Shown in pieces: positions 56,641-64,000 of a stretch of 64,000 nt of DNA; within the stretch, counting starts at the first letter, position 1; every line of letters begins with the position of its first letter. The notes beneath the pieces are model-generated. The model searched no databases. It was given only the letters and a program-made list of their open reading frames with translations, and had not been told where the DNA came from. The translations under genes and the position numbers were made by a program. Source of the DNA: Eledone cirrhosa (lineage: Eukaryota); contig OZ024764.1 in the NCBI GenBank assembly GCA_964016885.1, positions 3,782,001 through 3,846,000 on the forward strand, given 5' to 3'.

Positions 56641-57414
56641 TTGTGGTGTTGTTGCAACTGCACTATCAACAACCCCAGCTGCACCAGAGATGCACTGTAC
56701 AAGTGCAGCAGTGTATCACCTGTAATTATTACACCTGCATTAATAAACACAGTTGACACCTGCATTATAACACGTGCAGCTGATGCACATGTTATAATGC
56801 AGCGACATTATTAACTTGTGCAACCTCAAATGCAACATTCGGGTGCACTATGTGCAACTTCAAACCAACACCTGTATTATTAACATGTGCATATGTTGTG
56901 TGTACCTGCAATATTAACATGCGCAGGTATGTGCACCTGCCTTATTAACAGGTGCACCTGCATTACTAACATGCGCAGGTTGTGTACCGGCCTTAACATG
57001 TGCAGGTTTAAATGCACTCTACTGTTACATTAATGTGCAATTCCATATGCAACCAGGAACTAAACTGTTAACATGCATGTGCAGGTGAAAATGCAAACTG
57101 CATTAACACCATGTGCATCTTAAAACGCAGTTGACAACATTAAATGCACTTAACGTTGCATTAGCAAGATGTAGTTAGTCAACAACAAATGCAGTTGCAA
57201 CTGTGTGCACCACAGCTCCAACTGTGCATCACAAGATGCACTAGAGCTGCACATCAAAGGACAATGTTTATATAAAGTTTGCAGGTGCAACCAACAGCAG
57301 CGACTGCACTATTTTTAACAATACTTGCAGATGAAGTGGTCGTTGTTGTATTCAATACAAATAAGATGTGATATGTGCAGCGATATTTATGTACATTGAC
57401 ACCAACTGCAACAA

Positions 57415-57820
57415 GGACACATTAGATAATGTAGTCCTAGATACACTGTGTCTGTATATAAGACAGGACACATTAGATAATGTAGTCCTAGGTAGACTGT
57501 GTCTGTATATAAGACAGGACACATTAGATAGTGTAGTCCTAGATACACTGTCTGTATATAAGACAGGACACATTAGATAATGTAGTCCTAGGTAGACTGT
57601 GTCTGTATATAAGACAGGACACATTAGATAATGTAGTCCTAGGTACACTGTGTCTGTATATAAGACAGGACACATTAGATAGTGTAGTCCTAGATACACT
57701 GTGTCTGTATATAAGACAGGACACATTAGATAATGTAGTCCTAGGTACACTGTGTCTGTATATAAGACAGGACACATTAGATAATGTAGTCCTAGATACA
57801 CTGTGTCTGTATATAAGACA
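57415..57820. repeat. 51-bp tandem repeat, about 8 copies
   Basis: gacacattagataatgtagtcctagatacactgtgtctgtatataagacag. Confidence 0.95.
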
Positions 57821-58850
57821 GCATGGTCACAGCTGGAACATCTTTAATTATAGGTCTGCTGGATCAGGACTGACCTAGGGTTACACAACAAGAGGACGAG
57901 GGAGTGCATTGGAAAGCTCCTCTCCTCCAACCCACCCACGCGGGACAAAATATTTCCTCTCGTCTGACTCATCACGACTGACTCATCATCAACAGCATTT
58001 CTGTCCCCTCCCCCCTAGGGGCACTGGCAATACACGGGTATCCGGTGGAACCAGGGGGCTATTTAATAAAGGCACATCTGAAAGACGTTAAAAGTCTCCA
58101 GTTTTTAGTGCAAGGGAGGAATAAAAAAACGTGTTTACACTTCATATTTCAGTCGTTTTACATCGTAGGCTTCCACAGCTGTATCTACCTTAAGCTTACC
58201 TTAAAATCTTATACACAAATATATTTGAAGCAAAAAATTAAAACAAAAACGACATAATGTAGATGTTTACAAACTTCACCCGTTGGAGGTGAAATTTATG
58301 TTTTTTCTGTGAGTTTCTGATGGGTTTTTAACGGATCTGAACTCGGCCACAGAAAAACATTAATTTCCCCTTGAAAAACGGGTGGGTTTGTAAATACACA
58401 CACACATACATACATATATACATATATAGGAAAAGGGTCAGGACCCCGATTGCTTAGCTCCGGCCGTTTCGACAGCTTTATATATATATATACGGGGCTC
58501 CAGCATGGCCTCAGTCCGATGGTTGTAACAGGTAAACGAGTAAAAAAAAAGTTTATACACATTCTCGAGTCCCAGATAATAAGGTAGGGGTGGAATAACT
58601 AGGGTGGGGGCAGTAATATTTCTAGTTTGTCTCTGTTGATATTTTAAAAAACCAGAATTAGTCATTTAGTTTGCATATTGAGACCTCCAACCCATCCTAT
58701 TTATTTTATAACATGGGATTTCCTGTAATGTACTTTGTTTGTCATGTGTAATGTTTTGTAATGTCTAAAGACAATTGTCGCAGGCATGCTACTACTTAAA
58801 ATAAAGTTTCACCTGAGATAGATTAGTAAAATTTAAGTAATAAAACTCAC

Positions 58851-59418
58851 CTTTTAATATAAATGCCTCTTTTCCTTCCCAGTACAATAGACTAAGAATG
58901 GCTGTGAGGGCATTGTCCCTGCTCAAGTGCGTCTCATCTCGCGTACATGTATCATATAAGATTATCTCTTTTGTTGACCGTCTCCGAAACATGTCCTTGC
59001 CCTCTTTCGTGGTCACCAAATCCACAAGGGCAACCTTGCCCTTCTGCTGAAGTTTTTTACGGTTTAACCGATCGATACAGTTGACATTAATAGCTCCACG
59101 TATGTGTGACATATTGTACTCCAGGAAAGGACGACAGTCCACAATCAACAACCCTTTAGCTCTCCCCGACGACAAACGGCCGGCCAGTTCGTTGGTGGAC
59201 ATTGTACGGGCCCTACGTAAGGTCCCGTTGTTGAGGTCCGACAGATCTGAGAGCCCAACATCAGATGAGTTGAGGTCGAAAGGTGAAGACAAGCCTTCTA
59301 ATTTACATTTTTTGCTCACCATATTAAGGGAGCCAAACTCCAGTTTTAACCCTGCCCTTCTCCTCTCTGGCAGACTTAATGATGGAGTTAAAACATCGAT
59401 TTCACCCGAATCAGGCAT
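58851..59418 (-). CDS. DUSP10: Dual-specificity MAP kinase phosphatase DUSP10/MKP-5-like, coding exon 1 (rhodanese/Cdc25-homology MAPK-binding domain)
   Basis: Encodes LLIVDCRPFLEYNMSHIRGAINVNC..NRKKLQQKGKV..KEGKDMF..KEIILYD..EGKEAFILKG, closely matching the DUSP10 MAPK-binding domain with its basic kinase-interaction motif. Ends at donor AAAG|GTGAGT (phase 1). Confidence 0.93.
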
Positions 59419-60538
59419 ATTTGGTGGGGTGTTTGTTGTGGGGTTTATAGATCAAATTATTTAAATATAATATTGATATATATATATATATATTTTTATA
59501 TTTAGAAATAAATATAAATATAGAGAGAGATAAAAGTAGATATTTTTCCCCCTTCTTTTGAATAACGAAAACTTTTCCAAAGATTGAAGTTAAATTTCTT
59601 TTTGAAAGTTGGTAAATTAAGATCCTGGCTTAAATTGTAATGAATCTATATGACATGTATATATATTATATGTATATATATATATTATATGTATGAATAT
59701 TTTATATATTATATGTATGTATATAATCTTCAGGCAAGTCTTTGATGTCAGATCAATAAATGATTTATTTTAAATGATTTGTGATTAATTAAATCGGTAG
59801 AGAATTGCTAGATTTATAGATCCACGGCAAGATGTAAATAAATATCCTTGTAGTATTAGGGACCGAGGGAGACACAGAATGGGGGTGTAATCCAGTTAGG
59901 TGAGCCCTAACTAATATTAGGGTCCGTGAGAGTCAGACAGGAGAGGTGTAATCCAGTTAGGTGAGCCCTAAATAATATTAGGGGCTGTTTGGTGAAAAGG
60001 AAAGGCTGCTGTTGAAAACGATGATGGTGTGTGTTCCCGAGGGGGGCGGCGGGGGGGATGAATGTATATGTGTGTGTGTATGAGTGTGTCCCCGGGCAGG
60101 AACAGATGGTGGGGTTGTGTCTGTGTCTTTAAGACGGTGGTATAGCTTTCGTTAGCTAAAGTGGTCTGCAGTTTCAAGTAATTCCATCATGCTGGTATGA
60201 TGTTGATTATAATGATAACGATGATGTTCTTGTTGATGTTGATGTGATGACTAGACAGCTAGATAGCTAGATCGCGACTACATAGATCGATAAATAAAGT
60301 TATCTTCTTACATACTATGTATATAATATATAATATATAATATATATATATTTCTCAATCTCAGAGCATGGTTAATACAAACTTTTAAAGAAATATAACA
60401 TATATATATATAAACCTGAAAGCTCTGAATAAACTATTTAAAGTATTTAAATATAATATTATATATATTTAAATATATTATATATGTGTCTAATAATACA
60501 AAACGAAGAGATCTTTAGAGCAGATGCTCTCTATATCA

Positions 60539-60569
<31 letters not shown>

Positions 60570-60574
60570 AGTCA

Positions 60575-60805
60575 AAATTCCTGACTTCCTTATTCAGGTA
60601 CAAAAACAAAGTGAGTGCGTATAAGTGTGTATATGTGAGCGAGTATATATATATGTGTGTGTGTGCGTGGTGTATATATAAGAGCTATATATATGTACAC
60701 CACGCTGATTTCAGCTCACTAATAACTGCTTCTTCTCAGGCTGGGCTTCGCCACTTAATCTGGGAAAAAACTCTTCAGCTGACGTTGAGGATTACGTCAT
60801 CATGC
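60575..60805 (-). promoter_or_regulatory. Candidate DUSP10 proximal promoter
   Basis: ATF/CRE-type ATGACGTAAT (60791-60800) and TGACGT (60780-60785) lie about 110 bp upstream of a TATATA stretch (~60672-60681), about 1.3 kb 5' of the ATG. TSS not determinable from sequence. Confidence 0.4.
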
Positions 60806-61429
60806 TCGGATTTATCTCCCCTTCCTACTCCTCCTCCTTCCTCGCTTTTCTCTCTTATTCCTACTACTACTACTTTTCTCTCTCCCTTATCTTTTCTCCT
60901 CCCCTGCTTCTCACATCTTTACGTTTAACTTACTCCCCCACCTCTCTCTCATACTGCTACTCTCATGCTCTCATTACACACGCCAGAGCCCTCCCCTTCA
61001 ACCCACCCCTCTCTCTCTTTTTGTCACTTCCTACTCTCTTACTCATTTACCTCCACGACAGTCCTCCTCTTCCTCTATCTGCTCCTCACATTGTGTTTCA
61101 CTGTTTCACTTACCTCCCTCCCTCACTATCTCTTACTCTGTCACCATCCCAGCCCCCCCCTCCCCCTCCTCTCTCTTACTCACCAACGCAGCACTCCACT
61201 TTCACGTCTTACTCACACTCTTACTCATCATAGAGTCACCACATCTTCCTACCCGCCATTCTCTCTCTCTCTACCTATCTATTTGCCCCCCCCCTCTCTC
61301 TACCTATCTATTTGCCCCCCCTCTCTCTACCTATCTATTTGCTCTCTCTCTCAATCCCCCTCTCTATATATATCTATCTATCTATCTATCTCTTTCTGGT
61401 GTGTTTTCCCAAGAAAACTTTTTACAAGG

Positions 61430-61974
61430 TCAACATCATCATCAACACTACCACCACCACCTCCACCACCATCAACACTACCACCACCACCTCCACCACC
61501 ATCAACACTACCACCACCACCTCCACCACCATCAACACTACCACCACCACCTCCACCATCATCAACACTACTACCACCACCATCAACACTACCACCACCA
61601 CCACCATCATCAACACTACTACCACCACCACCTCCACCACCATCAAAACTACCACCACCACCTCCACCACCATCATCAACACTACTACCACCACCACCTC
61701 CACCACCATCAAAACTACCACCACCACCTCCACCACCATCAACACTACCACCACCACCACCACCATCATCAACACTACTACCACCACCACCTTCACCACC
61801 ATCAAAACTACCACCACCACCTCCACCACCATCAACACTACCACCACCACCACCACCATCATCAACACTACTACCACCACCACCTCCACCACCATCAACA
61901 CTACCACCACCACCACCAACATCATCAACACTACCACCACCACCACCACCTCCACCACCATCATCATCAACACT

Positions 61975-62005
<31 letters not shown>

Positions 62006-62532
62006 ACACTACTACCACCACCACCTCCACCACCATCAACACTACCACCACCACCATCATCATCAACACCATCACCACCACCACCATCAACACCACCACC
62101 ACCACCATCAACACCACCATCACCATCATCAACACCACCATCACCATCATCAACACTACTACCACCACCACCACCATCACCATCAACATCAACATCACCA
62201 TCAACATCAACACCACCATCACCATCGTCAACACCATCACCATCATCAACACCATCACCACCACCATCACCATCATCAACACCATCACCACCACCACCAC
62301 CATCACCATCACCAACCCACCACCATCACCATCACCAACCCACCACCATCACCATCATCAACACCATCACCACCACCATCACCAACACCACCACCATCAC
62401 CACCACCATCACCATCATCAACACCATCACCACCACCATCACCAACACCACCAACACCATCACCATCACCACTGCCATCAACACCACCATCAACACTATC
62501 ATTACCATCATCATTACCACTGCCACCATCAC
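61430..62532. repeat. (CAC/CAT)n compound microsatellite
   Basis: accaccatcatcaacactaccacc variants. Confidence 0.93.
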
Positions 62533-62554
62533 TATATCTCTATATATATATATA

Positions 62555-62585
<31 letters not shown>

Positions 62586-62872
62586 TTATGTATATATGTG
62601 TGTATGTGTGTGTGTATATATTTATGTGTGTGTATATATTTATATGTATATGTGTGTGTATGTATATATATATATATTTATGTGTGTATGTGTGTGTATA
62701 TATTTATATATGTGTATGTATGTGCATATATATTTATATGTATATGTGTGTGTATATATTTATATATATGTGTGTGTGTATATATATGTGTGTATGTATA
62801 TATATGTGTGTATATATTTATGTGTGTGTATATATTTATGTGCGTGTGTGTATGTCTGTGTATATATATTTA

Positions 62873-62913
<41 letters not shown>

Positions 62914-62990
62914 GTGTGTGAACCTAATACAACTGAATGTTTACATTCCTGTGTTTGTTTTGCTTCCTTTATCAACTATATAACTATATA

Positions 62991-63400
62991 TATATATTGG
63001 TAAACGGAATAGAAAATGCTGACAAATTGTTCACAGTTGAAAAATGGTTTAATTAGGAATAAAAGAGTATTAGTGATTGTATGGGTTAGTATTCAGTTGT
63101 GGTTTTAAGTTTTTAAGTTTTTACCGGTTGCGCATTTCTAAATGCTTTTCAGCTGTTTGCTCTGATCAGAGCAAACAGCACGGACACTCTATCTCAAAAT
63201 TATTTTTGAAAAGCATTTAGAAATGCGCAACCGGTAAGAACTTAAAAACTTAAAACCACAACTGAATACTAACCCATACAATCACTAATACTCTTTTATT
63301 CCTAATTAAACCATTTTTCAACTGTGAACAATTTGTCAGCATTTTCTATTCCGTTTACTAATATATAATAACTTGTGTGTTACACCTCTATTCTTTTAAC
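62991..63400 (+). mobile_element. Palindromic element with hammerhead 3' half and nested 28-bp palindrome
   Basis: About 160-bp arms (62991-63151 / 63207-63367); GAAATGCGCAAC at 63220; inner GCTGTTTGCTCTGATCAGAGCAAACAGC at 63152-63179; (TA)n flanks. Confidence 0.55.
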
Positions 63401-63424
63401 TATATATATATATATATATATATG

Positions 63425-63583
63425 CAAAAGTTTTATTTAAAATTGTTGGGTTACAACAAGTAAATATTTTATAACTGATATAAAGCACTCGACAAGTTTT
63501 TGGAGTAGATATACGATATTGAACAAATGGAAATATAGTTTCCATTTGTTTCCATAAATATAGTTTCCATTTGTTTAATATCG

Positions 63584-63585
<2 letters not shown>
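63425..63585 (-). mobile_element. Internally deleted copy of the 52658-53067 family
   Basis: Shares the tail aaattgttgggttacaac...aaagcactcgacaag...ttggagta and a collapsed palindrome (atacgatattgaacaaatggaaa / tttccatttgtttaatatcgtat). Confidence 0.6.
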
Positions 63586-63620
<35 letters not shown>

Positions 63621-63665
63621 TAAGAGAGTAAACCAAGAAGCCTTCAATACATCAAAAGTCTTTAT

Positions 63666-63708
63666 TAGCCGACAATGTTTCGTCCTATTAAGGACTCATC
63701 AGGGCAAT
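63666..63708 (-). ncRNA. Minimal type I hammerhead ribozyme with GUC site
   Basis: Minus strand reads GCC-CTGATGA-GTCC-TTAATA-GGAC-GAAA-C-ATT-G-TC^GGC-TAATAAA. All core nucleotides are intact and AATAAA follows directly. Confidence 0.85.
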
Positions 63709-63855
63709 TAAAACAACAAGAAGTAATATCGGCAGATACAAGCCGGAAGCTCCGAAGAATATGGAGTGTACATACACTAAAGTATTGCAAAAATATATAA
63801 TAAAAATAATAAAAATATATAATAATACTCCAACACGCTCCAGTATTTTAACCCT

Positions 63856-63894
<39 letters not shown>

Positions 63895-64000
63895 TCATCA
63901 TCATCATCATCAACGTTTAACGTCCGTGTTCCACGCTTGCATGGGTTTGGACGGGGGTAGTCCCACTTGAGGCAAGAGTGATTGTCTTGCTCGCATAGGA

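Noticed and set aside
54315-56765. 816-aa Thr-rich mucin-like ORF and Gly/Ser/Cys ORFs
   Set aside because: Trinucleotide-based repeat open in several frames on both strands, inside DUSP10 intron 1.
59081-59464. 127-aa plus-strand ORF
   Set aside because: Antisense shadow of DUSP10 exon 1.

Overview
Repeat-dense animal genomic DNA. The SINE types, RTE/Tx1 LINE relics and extreme microsatellite load suggest a coleoid cephalopod such as an octopus (inference). One real protein-coding gene is supported: a 4-coding-exon DUSP10/MKP-5 (puckered-like) MAP-kinase phosphatase on the minus strand (59418-58851, 45670-45491, 43034-42849, 33003-32729; 402 aa; all introns phase 1 GT-AG; catalytic HCQAGVSRS). 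Nearly all other long ORFs are artefacts of micro- and minisatellites. The main unexplained signal is a set of self-cleaving-RNA motifs in the non-coding DNA. Several minimal type I hammerhead ribozymes (three with apparently intact cores, about six degenerate or half copies) sit in elements inserted into (TA)n tracts. Many of these are long, near-perfect head-to-head palindromes with a one-sided tail, resembling Penelope-like pseudo-LTRs. A candidate HDV-like ribozyme marks the 5' end of an RTE-like UTR. Also present: a 7.4-kb minisatellite amplified from a SINE tRNA head (A-box plus TTAGGG in each unit), AP-1/CRE islands around the JNK phosphatase gene, and paired complementary microsatellites.
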